Of a DNA stretch of 64,000 nt, positions 1 to 13,490 are shown one piece after another. This DNA is from Catajapyx aquilonaris (lineage: Eukaryota): assembly GCA_000934665.2 (NCBI GenBank), contig KZ538279.1, forward strand, positions 1 through 64,000, read 5' to 3'. Positions within the stretch are counted from its first letter, which is position 1. Each line of letters begins with the position of its first letter. A program made the translations under genes and the position numbers. The notes beneath the pieces were generated by a model. The model was given only the letters and a program-made list of their open reading frames with translations, searched no databases and was not told where the DNA came from.

Positions 1-1366
1 AAGATTAGGCTTTTGCACACGCGTACTAGGGTTGCATAGGAAAGTTCTACTATTACTCCTTGATTGTAGGGTCTCTAAAGAGCCCATTACGCTACACATT
101 TTTTTAAAAAAAGTCCATACACTGTTCCCAAAAAATTGACGAAAAAGTACCAAAAAACGGAATTTTTTCCATAAAAAGGACCCTGGAAAACCACAGTTTC
201 TATAAAAGATTGACTTTAAACACCATAGTGGCTTCAGACTAGACCCAGGTAACACCTAATGCCAGCAAAAACAAAATCCGAAACTTACAGTGGTTGCCAG
301 ACCTGGAAATAGGCCAAAAAACGTCAATATTTTGAATTTTTCGCATTTTTGGTCACCCTGACCCACTGCAGATTTTGGGAGAGAAATCCCGGGTGTTTCC
401 CAGCTACTTTGGGTCCTACTAACATGATGTGCATAGTGGTTTCCGAATAACACGCCGAAAGTTTTTTTTTGTTGCGCTGTGTTATTGGACATCTGGAAAA
501 GTTTTTTTTGGCGCCAACTAGTGATGCCAACAGAACTGTAATCTGTTGGTATCCCACATGATTACAATCTGGCCTCAATAGGTGTAGCCACCTAGTGTCG
601 AATATCTGACTTGGGCCGCGAAAATTAAATCGCGGATAAAATGGCGGATGCCGCTGCTGAAGCTAGGCGCTCATCTGTTAAGTTTTATTTTTTCCCTCAT
701 ATACTTAGAGTGCGATTTTCGTCAATGCAGCGAATGTCCTAGGATTCACATGGAATGTGCATTAGGAAATACGAAAAGATGTTGTGTCTGACAATCTTTG
801 TTGCTGTAGAGAACTGGTAATTTTCTTTTCTTCTGGAGTCCAAATTTCCATTTAAATGGACATAAGAAAAAATTAGCTGTGCCTTTTCTTTAAGTGCCTG
901 TACCTATACACCCACAAGGAAGGGTGCTTTTCACTACAGTTCAGTTTTAAAATCTAGAATAGCGAGGTACCATGCTAGGAGGTAAGAAGGGAAGGAGCAA
1001 GGCCCATGCCTGGAGTGGTGGCCTTTCAAATCATTTCATATTTATCTTTAATTGTCTTCTGAGAGGATTTGCTACCATGAATTCCACAAATGAATGTAAA
1101 AAAACCATTGTTTGGAGGATAGAGCACTATGTGAGTGATCAATTGAGTGGCATTTAACTCTTCAACATTTATCCGTTCTGCTTTTGTAGCATCAATTGAG
1201 TCCCAATGTTCTCATTGGTTGTTTGTCATTATTTATTTTAATATTTTAGAATTATAATTTTTTTCTCGTTTCTTATTGGGAAAATGTTCAGAAAATGCAA
1301 TAGGAACTGACATTTCATTACTCAATTCTTCTCGGGTTTCAGGAGGCTATACGTAAGAGGTGAAGG

Positions 1367-1617
1367 CAGCGGTTCTCAACCCCTGGGGGGCGAAGGGGGT
1401 GCAGGGGGGGGGGGGGGGNNNNNNNNNNNNNNNNNNNNNNNNNNNNNNNNNNNNNNNNNNNNNNNNNNNNNNNNNNNNNNNNNNNNNNNNNNNNNNNNNN
1501 NNNNNNNNNNNNNNNNNNNNNNNNNNNNNNNNNNNNNNNNNNNNNNNNNNGGGGGGGTAAATATCTGAAATATTACTTTCCAGGGGGGCCCGATGTGGCA
1601 TAGGTTGAGAACCGCTG
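1367..1617. mobile_element. hAT (Buster/Charlie-type) MITE spanning an assembly gap
   Basis: TIRs CAGCGGTTCTCAACC / GGTTGAGAACCGCTG; 8-bp TSD GGTGAAGG (1359-1366) / GGTTAAGG (1618-1625), 7/8 match. Confidence 0.85.
1419..1550. other. Assembly gap (N run)
   Basis: 132 N flanked by G homopolymers. Confidence 0.99.
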
Positions 1618-3772
1618 GGTTAAGGTGTACTATCAGGCTGTTATTGTTCCGTTTGGCATAATCAGGCTGGTTTTTCAAAGGGGGGCCGCATTTGCCCCTA
1701 ACTATAGACATGGTCAGGGGCAAGTGCGTACCCACATTCCTCCACATTCCTCCCACATATATGGATCGAATTGCAATATTGGACGAATAAAGCTAGCGGT
1801 CGCCAAGAGAGGCGACAAAATATCTTTTTGTGGTCACCAATGGATATTCCGAGACTGGCGACAGGCAAATTTCGAACACTGGTGTGCAAACACTTCCACG
1901 TAATGCATTTTAATCAGATAATGTCAGTACTGTTAGCCAACCTGTTGCGGTGCAGTGAATAAAAGTTTGTCATGTAAGAACTTCTCCGATATTTTTAAAA
2001 TTCGGAATACGTATACAGACTGACAGAGGAAGTTTGTGTCTTTGTGGCACTATGCAACCCTATCAATGTTTATTACTCTGAGAGAATTCCACAATCACAC
2101 TTACCCCATGTCGCGGGGCAAGAGCGGCATTGTGCACCACGTATCTACATATTTTAATTAAGTTATTTTTCGGAGCACACACATAGATGAATGCTATGCA
2201 ATAGGCCACTTCTTTGAAAGCCAATAAGGTAATAAGGTACGGTACATTGTCCATTGCTTTTTTTCTCACCTGCTAATTACTGAGGAAGTAGCATCCCTTT
2301 AGACTGCACCTAATCAAAATCCGTGCGCACTTTCCCCAACTTACCCTAAGTTTAGTTTTGGAACAATCGCACATTATACTGTAGAATAAGCGGGTTAACT
2401 TCAAAAGGTACAGTAGTATGAAAATATCAAAATGATTTTACCATAATTCGGCATTATTTAACAGCTAGCTTAATAAACAAAATGTTTCGTAATGATTCAG
2501 ACAAAATTCTAGGGTGAATTCGTGGGCATTCAATATTGGCCTAATGAAAGGATTCACCTAATTCGCAGTCTGAAATTCACTTCAAAAATTTGCATCATTT
2601 CCAGTACCAGCACCCACCAATTATAATTTTTAGACGCATTTATTTAAGTAGATAATCCCCGTTATATCTTAACTTGGTTTAACGATACAATAATTCGAGT
2701 GACCAAATTTTTTTCCAAAAAAGGACATGCCACTTAACCACCAAAATTATACACCACAATGGGAGTAACCATATTGCCATCATATATCACCAGAAGTAGG
2801 TACATTACATATCGAGGGAAAAGAAAGCGACCTTATTTGGTCCAAGCACAATATTACAAACATTTATTGCAGTCTTATTTTAACCGAATAACATTATTAC
2901 GTATCACAACAGGCCTTCAATGAAGGATAAGACATTTTAAACAAACTAGCAGAAATCGCAGTATAAACGCAACAAAAAGTGCGCAGCCAGTCGAAGAGTA
3001 TTCCCTAAAATCGCCTGAAGCTTATTCATGTCAAATCTCTTGTTAAGTTTGATTCATACCTGGCGGGCCTTGGCAAGCCTTAATATAAGCCTAAAGCCCA
3101 GGGTTTGAACAGCTATTCGTTTGCTGAGGTGATAAAGTAGGCGGAGTAAAATGGGTGTGTCCCACACGAAATTTGTCTTCCCACCTCGCGCATCCGAGCC
3201 GCATAGTTCATCGCAAACGACCCCCACCAACTCTAATGCTCGATTTGTATTATATGCGCTGACTTTATACCGTCAGATATGATGTCCCGGTAAGTCACGA
3301 CACTCATTTTTCGCCTCCACCTGTCCCCACTCTCATAATTTTTCACCTCCCATCTTGTCCCCAGCTGCACATATTACACACAGCACTGTACTTTTCCACT
3401 TGATGGCTTCCCTTCTCACTACATTGATTCCAATTCCAACGCCTGGCTCGATGTATAAATGGGTGACATCTAACTTGCGCCCCTAGTCATCACTCTGTTA
3501 CCATGACGTCGTTAATCATTTGCAGATTCGTCGCAGCTCAGCCTGGCTGCTGCTTCATATCTTTCATCGACTACATCACTACGTGCAAACAGTTCTCCCC
3601 AATGCAATGTCAGCTCACAATCATTCTTTCCAAATTGAATATCGCACTTTAATATTACATAAAGATGCAATATATACAGCAATATGGCTAGTATACCCTC
3701 AATTGGGATGCGATTATGTCAGGTGGGGTGAGATTGTGCCACAACCAACCGCGAATTTTACTCGTCATTGCC

Positions 3773-4062
3773 ACCGAAGCAGTGGTAGCGGAGGGGATAT
3801 GGTATCCGACTGCTAATCGGGAGGTCCTGGGTTCGAATCCCGGTGGCCGCCGACCCTGACCGTGGTTTTCTGTGGTTTCCCATGGTCTCACCAGGAAAAT
3901 TCCGGGGTCGTGTCCGTAATTATAGGCCACAGCCGCTTCCTTCCGTCCCTATCCCATCCCCATATACGAGAAGTAAATACGAAAGGAAGAGTTCCATATA
4001 AAAAAATATATGGTGGTATCCCACCCCCCTAAGAGGGCCCATGGCTCTAGCACGGGGTACAA

Positions 4063-4111
<49 letters not shown>
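3773..4111 (+). mobile_element. Full-length tRNA-derived SINE with (ATT)n tail
   Basis: A-box-like TGGTAGCGGAGGGG, B box GGTTCGAATCC (3830-3840), body GGTTTTCTGTGGTTTCCC...GGCCACAGCCGCTTCC, (ATT)16 tail at 4063-4110, perfect 14-bp TSD TACTCGTCATTGCC (3759-3772 / 4112-4125). Confidence 0.92.
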
Positions 4112-4113
<2 letters not shown>

Positions 4114-4956
4114 CTCGTCATTGCCTTTCGCTTGCTGCCAGTACTGTTGTCCCAAAATGCGCTGGCACAATCTCACCCTAATATATTGACGATACATATC
4201 CTCCGTGTATGTAAATAAACATTGAGAAATGTTGATTGTTGCAAATGTTTTGTGGGAGCCTGGGATGCATGGGGGAGACCCCCCCAAAAAAGACAAGGGG
4301 CCCAGTGACACGTTGGGTTCATAAATTTGGAGAAGAGGCGGTCGTCTGAGTCAATTACTGTAGGGTGTTATGGAGGTGGGCTGGAGGACCTCCGGGAGGT
4401 AAATTACATTCCCCCGCCTATCTAGAATAACCAGAGGCATTTTTCTTCATACCGATATTTACGGCCCCTTATTCAGTTCCCTTTCCCAGGATTCCTTCAA
4501 AATGTGTGTGTTGTGGCCCAAAATTAAACCTATTACTTTGCGGAGAGAGATGCTGGGTTGAAAGCTCATAAATTTCCAGGGAAATTGCTAGCAAATAATA
4601 CCAGGACTAATTGAGTTATCTGATCGCTCGGGACATCCCGAATGGGTCCCTTTCCTTCATGCAAACTTTAGGTTACTCGACTTGGATGCTGCGATGAAAT
4701 AATAAGCGGGTGCGTCTCACATGGGCTTGTCATACACTCGAAGCTATTAAAATTCACGATGTTTCTAGAAGAGAAATGATGCTAGCGAAGGGTATAGGAA
4801 ATCAGCAGGATGTATGTGGTATGGTTCTGGTGACTTAAAACAAATATACCGTATAGTGACTATAATATATGGTACTGGCTACCATTAGAAGTACTCAATG
4901 TAATATCATATTTTAGTTGAACCAACCAAATCTGAAGGCTAACTTTTTGGCGTGGC

Positions 4957-5033
4957 TTTTGCACGAATTAGTGTGTCATTGCTCACATTGCTCAGTGAGA
5001 AATGTGAGCAATGACACACTAATTTGTGTAAAA
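4957..5033. repeat. Near-perfect palindrome
   Basis: 24-bp perfect arms AATTAGTGTGTCATTGCTCACATT (4966-4989) / 5001-5024, inner CTCA-G-TGAG, outer extension with G-T pairs. Confidence 0.85.
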
Positions 5034-6463
5034 TGACAAATACATTTTAGCCAATCTCTCCAGCACATTTTGTGTCATTTTGCATGTGATATATGACACG
5101 TAAACTTACTGCACAATTCTAATATTCTGTTCTGTGCACAAAACACCCCAAAATGTTTCACGTGTCGCATATATATGGGGAAGGATGGAAGGATGTGTAC
5201 GTAATAGATCGCATATTAACTTAATATTTTCTACTGCAGAATGTGTTCTTTATCGCCAACAGTACATTTTAGCTGACACATTTTTCGAAAAAATTGAACA
5301 TTTTATTATAAACTGTCAAAACATTTTGACGTGAATAATGTTGGTTAAAATAACCTAATTTTTTTTGAACCAAATAGTTTTGGTTGCATCAACCATTTCT
5401 GTCTTCACAGTGTATGAGAAAAAACCTCAGCAATTATTCACCGCACATTTTAATTGCTATTCATGGTGTCAACAATGAATAACAATTATTATGAATGTCA
5501 CTTTTCACACTAAAATCACTTGCCTGTGCAATTCTGTTTATAACCACGACTTACACACCATTTTGAAAATGTACCCGGTACCGTATGTCATATTTTTTAA
5601 AAGCCCCTCTTCCGGCCTATAAACACAGTTCACCTCTGCCAACCTTACACACGCCATATTTTCGACAACACACATTGCGCATGTAGCCCAGCGGAAGCAA
5701 ATAATAATTTTGTTTCCCCAGCAATATTCCCTGACGTGCGTTGAAAGATGTGCGAGTGGGTCGCAAGGTCTTTTCGTGCATTTGTGTTGTATTTAAAAAA
5801 TGATATGTACAACATCTGGGTCCGCCCTGCACCAAATTGTCAGGCCCCATGCTTTTCCGTAATTCAGGAACAGCTGACACGAGCGACGGTGAATCCACCT
5901 CGTATTCTGATGTTTCATGAATGTTGGCCGATCTGTATCAAGCAAACCACGGGAAAGGGATTCATAATCGCAATAATGTTTCGGCGCGTTGCAAAATGTG
6001 AGGTTTCGTCCCCCATTCCCGCCGCCTCCATTACTCCACAACGTAATGGCAGCCGGAGCTAAAGATCAGCTGTGGCAGCTGCACATCTAGTTAAGTAGGT
6101 ATATATTAGAGTGGCTGGCGAGTGAACACCAACTTTGGAAAACCAGATAGTGCGTCCGGTTAAGTAGTGAAAAACTACAAATATAGAGGCAACGCCCTAA
6201 AAAGTATGGGATGTGAAAATTAAGCTGTTTTTTTTGCTAATTTGTATGGAATGTTTGTACCGGCTTAATAAAGCAGTCTCATTTTCAAGGTCAGGTAATT
6301 ATAGAGGTGGCTTTTCAGCTAATTTTTGGGTTGAGCACAGTCGCCTTGGGCGGGCGCACACTTTTTTGCCAAGAGCACCGAATTATTGGTAAGTGTTAAA
6401 AATGTGTATGAATTTCAAGTAAACAGATCCTGGAGCTTTCTTCTGATGTTGAATGTATTTCAC

Positions 6464-7049
6464 AAGGGAAGTGTAAGTGTTGTCCGTGGAGTTGCTGAAT
6501 CAAACTTGGGACAATAATATAGGCAGGTAAGTTATTAAAGAAAATGCAAACAATTTATGCGGAAACATACAAGGTCTAATGTTATGACCTCTGGAACTCA
6601 CAAGGGACACTTTCCAAGGTCTCACCGATTTTTTTGAAATTCGGTACATTGGTAGCCCACCCCAAGGGATGAAAAACGCACCTAAAGTGACCTGCTCAAA
6701 ATGAACCGGTGACCCCTTTTTGGGGGCAGAGGTCAACTCGTAAATGCCGAAAACTCACCGATTTTCTTGGAATAAGATGCATTGGTAGCCCACAAAAAGG
6801 GGTCACCGGGTCATTTTGAGCAGGTCACTTTGTGAGTTTTTCATCCCTTAGAGTGGGCTACCAATGTACCGAATTTCAAGAAAATCGGTAAGACCTTGGA
6901 GAGTGTCCCTTGTGAGTTCGAGAGGTCATAACTTTTGTCCTTGTGGGCATCCGCCTAAATTGTTTGTATTTTCTGTAATAACTTACCTGCCTATATTATT
7001 GTGCCAAGTTTGATTGAGAAACTCAATTTACAACACTTACACTTCCCTT
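6464..7049. mobile_element. Foldback/MITE element with ~260-bp inverted arms
   Basis: AAGGGAAGTGTAAGTGTTG...GGTGACCCCTTTTTG is inverted to CAAAAAGGGGTCACC...CAACACTTACACTTCCCTT; the loop holds a further copy of the CTCACCGATTTT...CATTGGTAGCCCAC subrepeat. No clear TSD. Confidence 0.85.
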
Positions 7050-8570
7050 CAATACAATTTGGTCGGTAACTGATATTGATATGCAGTCAGTATTAATTTT
7101 AAGCTCGTGTGTTGACAATAATAAAGGGCGTAAAAGCTGTTTTGTTATTTGAATTTTTTGCATTTTCGCTGTGTACTTGTATAACCGACATGATGACGTA
7201 TTAGGCAGGCACATAATATGAAACAGATGTGTTTGAACTCACCTTTAGATCAGACATGAAGAGGTAGCATTTCTGCCGTGAGGATATGTTGCAACCAAAG
7301 TATGGCCTAAAAAGGAAATAAGTTAAATGAGAGCAAATTTACTAACGCCAAACATGATTAATCAGTTAATTTTTGAAAATTGAATCTAGGCAAATCTGAC
7401 ATCCACAGAGCATTGTTTGCATTTGTGTGTACACTTCATACATTATTTTTGTATATACTGGTGGTGTTGTAAGCAACCACAAAAAATAGTCGAAAGAAAA
7501 GAACAATTTGTTATAAATACGCTGTAATTTTTTACGCCTTTTCTACACAGCAGGCGTACTATGAAAACACCCTATTTTGACCGATGCTGTTATTTAAGCG
7601 TGTGTTAGTGTAGCAAGGAAAAATGGAGCGCTTATTTATTCCACGTGAGGTAATTCCTGATGCGGACATTCTGACTTCCCTCTCCAACCTCCCAATTCCC
7701 AAGCATTCTCAATCTCAGCGGCCAAGATTAATGCTTCTGTCCAAGGATTAAACCTCAGACAGCATGAAACCTGTTCATGCAAACTTAATTCGCTTGATTA
7801 AAATAATGTGAAAAATGATTAAGGTCAAACTTCTCCGTTGTATGCATCGCCTGCTGAACTGAATTTGTTGGTAATGTAGTTCTGCAAGGGCCCGAGTTGA
7901 ACAGAAACCGAGCGACTTGTTTCAAATTTCAATAAAAGACTTGATTTACGGCCATCTTCTTCAGGACAGCCTATATCACCCTCCAGTTGGCCCATTTGTG
8001 GCTAAATCCAATGCGGTTCACTCTATTTCCTACTGCCGACATGCAGACGTGCAGGAGAAATCAAGAATGCTGGGCAATTGAATTAAGATGCGGAACGAAG
8101 CTCAGGATAATCAATTTTCCGGATTAGACGAATTATGAGCTCCCTATATTACCTGAATGGCAATAACATATTGGAGCTCAAGAGTTGGTTTCTCGTATTT
8201 AATAACCGAAATCAAGGAAGTATAAAAATGGTAAGATTGACAAATAGGTGGTAAGAAATAGCAATCACTTTTCTTGATCGTCCGGCTGTGAACCCATTTT
8301 TGCATTTGATGATTCAGCGTTCCCCTCACCATGGTTCAACATGCCCAACCGCAAGGCATGCAGACCAAAAAAATGCTACAATTAGTGAATAACTTGGAAG
8401 ATTTCGTTATTGAAGTAGTATGCTATAATAATAATCGGCACCAGGCATGTAAGCAAAAATTAATTTAATTAATTATTATTATTTATTAATAATAACATGT
8501 CCCGCTCTCCCGTACATAACTAAAGCACTCATTTAACGAGCGTTCTGTTGGTGTGCCTGAACGTGCTTCA

Positions 8571-9218
8571 ATATCGTTTTCGGCTCATATAGCCAAAATG
8601 TTGAGGTTGTTCCAAATAATATTCGAGGGAAACGTCAAACTCAATTTTTGCTTACTTATAGATTCCCAATTGGAGGAATCTGGATTTAGAAAATTATAAC
8701 TTTTTCAAACGTCAAATGGCTATACGGAAGGCGTCAGGAGCATTTTAAAATAAGCATTCATTTGTATAGCATAATTGCAGGATATCATAAATTTTTGGAG
8801 GCATCAATATATTGTTAACTAATAATAATATTAATTGAGTTAATGTGTATGAATTACAGGTGTCTGATTGTATTACACCATCTTAAGAGCTGCAACATAG
8901 TGCAAACAATGTTACAAAATCCTTTATGTTATGAAAATGAATCTGTATTCATGGCTAATAGCAACTTAAAAATTGAGCATTTTCTAACACTGCTGGATTA
9001 TTTTTGCAATCAAAATTCTCAAAGATCCTAATGCCTTCTGTAGTGAAGTTTGAGACTATCGCAAATTCGCAATTTTCGAAAACAGATTTTTCAGTTGAGG
9101 ATGCATAGATAATAGGCAAAATTATCATAATGAGTTTCACCTTTTGCTAGGTAATATTATTAGGAACAACCTAAATAAAAATTATTGCAATATGGACCAA
9201 AACCGATCCCGATACAGA
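8571..9218. mobile_element. Old degenerate foldback/MITE element
   Basis: AGGTTGTTCCAAATAATATT (8604) is inverted to AATATTATTAGGAACAACCT (9153-9172); weaker inverted similarity runs ~190 bp along both arms. Confidence 0.6.
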
Positions 9219-9570
9219 AGCGCCTGAGCGTAACATTCACGCAATTCTCCTGCTAAATTATGAAACACATGGTACGTACTGTACTTGTACATTAATATCA
9301 AGATTAATATAATATCTACTTCTCTCTTCAACGAGCATCTCCCAAACCTGAACCTATAAATATCCGGCCCTTTGTGCATTTATGGAAGAACTAATATATT
9401 ATGCTGTTATGAGACTTATGTGAACAACAAAGCAAATATGGAGAGAGAGAATCCCGGTACAAAATTATATTGTAATACCGAGCAGTAAAATGGCGAAAAA
9501 TAACAAGGGATGAGAATTAAAATTAATGTGTGTTGAGGAACATATTACATTCCAGCTATTTGAAAGAAAT

Positions 9571-9885
9571 AGGATAGAGTTGGCCTTACTGGCGTGCGGG
9601 AGGCAGGAGGGCAGTAGTCGGTGGGGGCATCGGGCTGTGTCGCAAAGGCAAGGATAAAGGATAGGCGTGCTGTATCCGCTGAAGATAGGTCTGTATGGCT
9701 GAAGATAGGTCTGTATCCGCAAGGAAGGAAGGTTAGGCTTAGGTAGGTTAGGTTGGTACAGCATGCCCCTTCCAAAATCCAAAAAAATCCATCCTTGCAC
9801 CCTTGCCTTTGCGACACAGCCAAGCTGCCCCCACCCACCACTCACCCTGCTGCCTCCCGCATGCCAGTAAGGCCTACTCTTTCCC
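9571..9885. mobile_element. MITE with ~80-bp imperfect TIRs and internal AGGTTAGG motifs
   Basis: GGATAGAGTTGGCCTTACTGGCGTGCGGGAGGCAG / CTGCCTCCCGCATGCCAGTAAGGCCTACTCTTTCC; inner GGCTGTGTCGCAAAGGCAAGG / CCTTGCCTTTGCGACACAGCC; internal ~20-bp duplication GCTGAAGATAGGTCTGTAT. Confidence 0.85.
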
Positions 9886-12800
9886 AAAATTTCAATTAAG
9901 GACTTGTTGTACCAACTCAAATTATGTGAAAACTTTTGTGTTGTGAATATTTATAAAAAGATATTTTCCCATAATATGAGTTGATACAGCCGAGCCTTGC
10001 ACATGTCATTTACAAAACCACAGTCATCAACACAGCCCTTGACATTTTACCATAAGTTAATACAAAATCAGGACCTGTACTCAGTCTTTTTGAACTTTTT
10101 TCTTTAATTTTTTTTTTCAACCCTCGCTAGGTTTTGCAAAGCTGCAGTCTCGCTACTATTTCCCTTTTCGGGGAAGTGAGGAAGGGACTTGTCATTGCGC
10201 CTCCTTTCCTCGCAAACAGTTCCAAGATAAAGTGTCAGGGCTTGATGTCTCTCTGAATGGCAGTTCCAAGATTGGCCTTTCTTACTTCTACCCTACTTGT
10301 GGGTTGCCTGATGATATGGAATGAGAAATGCATACCGCAGCTCACAAAAGGAGGAAGAGGGGGGAAAAAAGTATCATCACCAGTTAAAATGTCTCCAAAG
10401 TATATAATAAAGTAGGGGTTGAAATGGTAGGAAGATACTTTACATCCACAGGATAAGTCGGCTTGAAAGATAGAAAACAGATAGGGCCTTGAAAAGAACG
10501 TGGATGGATGTGTCTATACGAAACCCGAGCGAGACCTGGCCTAGATATAGCGTATGTAATTTTATCCCCAGAGACTATAGGCATGACTTTTTCTGCCAGA
10601 GCATGATGCTCAAAACCAGCAACATTGTTTACAATGGATTCTAAAACATCAACTCAGAAGTTGTCCACTACCAAAACTTTACGACAAACTGCTGTCTCCG
10701 AGATTTTGAAATTAAATTACTCGTCCCATTTGGACAGTCCCCGGTGGAAACGTCCAGTCCCCCCTACCCCATAAACACTGCTAGAAGAAGAAAAAAAAAT
10801 CTCGACTGGACTACAAAATGGAAGTAGCCGTTGGGAAACAGCGGCATTTCCAGTGGACAGGAAGCCATGTCCCCCAGGAAGAAGCTCGTCTTGGTTTGGA
10901 CTGAGATAGAGGATAACGAGCTCGGAAAGGCCAGTCGGGCTCACCACTTTGCCGGTAGGTCAAAGTGTCAATATCTATCGGGCCAGTGGACATCGGGTAA
11001 AGGCCGCTGGAGGGGAGCCATCCCCCGGATAAAGGATCGGCTACATTTTGGTTAAGACAATGCCCACCATTCCTGTGTTCTGGATGAAGGAAGAACAAAA
11101 AAATAAATTCGAAGAACTCTTGCATGCTGGAAATGTGCACGTCGTAACAGGCAGCAGTCGACTAGGAGATTTCCAGTTTACTGCTCTTTTACTCCTCATC
11201 TCTGATAACGCATTTGGCTTGTATGCAAAAAAAATATGGGGGGCGTCTTTCTCCTTGCTGAGGATAAAACCCAAGTCATTGCGACCGTTTGAATACAAAT
11301 AATGAATTTTTCGCATCGATGAGCAGCTCGAGGGGATTTTATTGGGGGTGCAAATATGGCGTGAATCTAGTTTGTTCCGGGATTATTCTGGAGTGTACAT
11401 AACTACATAAGGTTCTGTGCTGTCGTTTCAAAAATACAGTTGTCCACAATAAACATTGCGAATGAGTAATGTAATATTTGACACATTTCGCTGTGTGTAT
11501 CTATGACGACATGTCAGTTTTGTATACAAACAGGTACATTAAGTTACCTTCGATGCCAAAATATTGCAATATATTATGATACCAAAATGCCCTAAGTGCC
11601 TTGTCACTCATACACAGCCTGTCTTTTGATCCCCTGAAAAACTATGAACTCCACCAATAACGGTATAACTTCACCACAAACCCAGATTCTTCTCCACTCT
11701 TGTTCCTCCACATTTACCTGCCATACCTGAAATTCTTGACTTGTAACCATCCCTGCCCTCAACCCGTTGCCAAAACGCAGGTGTGATTTTCAACAATTCC
11801 ACGAAACTTAGTCGTGTGGGTGGCCTCCGTTTCCCTCGAGAGCTAGCGGGTTTAGACCCTGAGGAATATCCCTAGTTGAAACTTTTGGGTCCCAGACTCC
11901 TCCCAACAGCTCCCGTTATATGAACACTGCATGTTCCGTGCTTCAAGACGGTGATGTAACTTCCTGAGGAGGGTAGCTTTTGGGGTCGATCAGAAGCCCG
12001 TTTTGAAAAGAGACAACTGACTCATGAGAAGCGGGAGGTTCGGACGGGCTTTTCCATTGGCCCCCGGATCTTTCCGGAGGAATCTCCCCCTCTCGCACTG
12101 TCTCATTCCGGAAGCTCCGGATTATAAATGCAGCCAGATACCAACGGCGAGTGCACATCACCCGGAGAAAACTGCATCTGATCAATAAGGGCAGCACTTC
12201 ATCAGCTTTCAGGAGTCTTGCTAAGGGCGCTGCATGCGCGGATAAAAAAAAGTACAAGCAAGTTTTCTGGGAGAAGCCATTTCTGGGGGAGGCTTGTGAC
12301 AGCTCCTCTGCGTCATGATTTCATATCAATCTCTTGGAAAAAATGGTCGGGTGTGAAGACCGAAATTGCCTTCCCAGCCAACAATAAGCCCACGTCCCTC
12401 AGCTTCTCTGCGGCAGCTGAGCTCTTCTCTCTTTCCTCTCTCACTCTTTCTCTTCTCGACTCTCCCCACGCTGAATATGTAAAATCTGGCCAACTCTGTA
12501 TCGCCCAACGGATCTGGGGACAAGAGCCATCCTCCCAGGAAGAAGACGGCAGGAGGGGTGTACAGATTTTTTTTTTTGGAAAAAAAGAGGGCGCTGACAG
12601 TTGAATGATGTATGGCGTCTTGCAATGTTTCCAGAGGCAAGGTTTGATTTTCATGCCACACTGCTTTCATTTACAGCTATGGATTTCCTTTCGGCTCCTA
12701 GAAATGTAGGGTGGCCAATCAGCTCTTTTCACAAGTGTTTGCTCACCTTTCGGTCATTTTTTTTGTAGTGGATGGAGGTTTACATACTTGCTAATCCGGA

Positions 12801-13374
12801 TTTGGCGCACTTTAGGATGGCATCAGAGTCGACACCTGCATTCCCGGGGGCTTCTCCTTCTTCCTGCTAAATAATGAGAAGATAACTGCGAGCCTAATTT
12901 CTCTCTTCGACTTCCTTTTCCCTATATATCGATCTCCATTTTCCTTGTGGTGTGGTGTTCCCCGCCATCGCGGCCGCGCCTCCACCGTTAAAACAGAGCG
13001 CCATCAAAGCGCCATATTGAAAAGGGACTTTCCAAAACACGAAATGACTTTTAGCTCGCTTCCTGGCTAACCTCAGCTCCCCATTTTCCTTTTGGCTTGT
13101 AAACATGGAGGGGTGCCGGATTTTCACACTACGCATACTTCATTGGCCCTGAACTTATATCTAGATCATTCATATTTGCTGGTTGTGCAGTCACACTATA
13201 GGCGGTTTATGGGCCCATAGTCAGTAACACTGTTGTCGAAATAAATTTGTTTACAATGTTTGATTAAAAGTTGGTAGGGCCTATAATTATGTAACATATC
13301 AAAGGATCCTTTTTAGGATGGATTTTGTGATCTACAGTAATGTTTAGCGTCGATTGTACCCCCATAGTATTAGA

Positions 13375-13490
13375 CGAAAAAGTGAAATTCAGTTTTTGCC
13401 TAATTAGATCCACAAGTGAGAAATTTGGACTTGAAAATTAACTTTTTCAAACTTCATATGGCCACAGAAGGCATCAAGAGCATTTTAACA
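13375..13490 (+). mobile_element. Partial second copy of the 8571-9218 family
   Basis: GAAAATTAACTTTTTCAAACTTCATATGGCCACAGAAGGCATCAAGAGCATTTTAA resembles GAAAATTATAACTTTTTCAAACGTCAAATGGCTATACGGAAGGCGTCAGGAGCATTTTAA (8689-8748). Confidence 0.65.

Noticed and set aside
10881..10891. GAAGCTCGTCT, matching the 5' end of miR-993-3p as I recall it
   Set aside because: The match stops at 11 nt, and there is no 5p arm or hairpin upstream.
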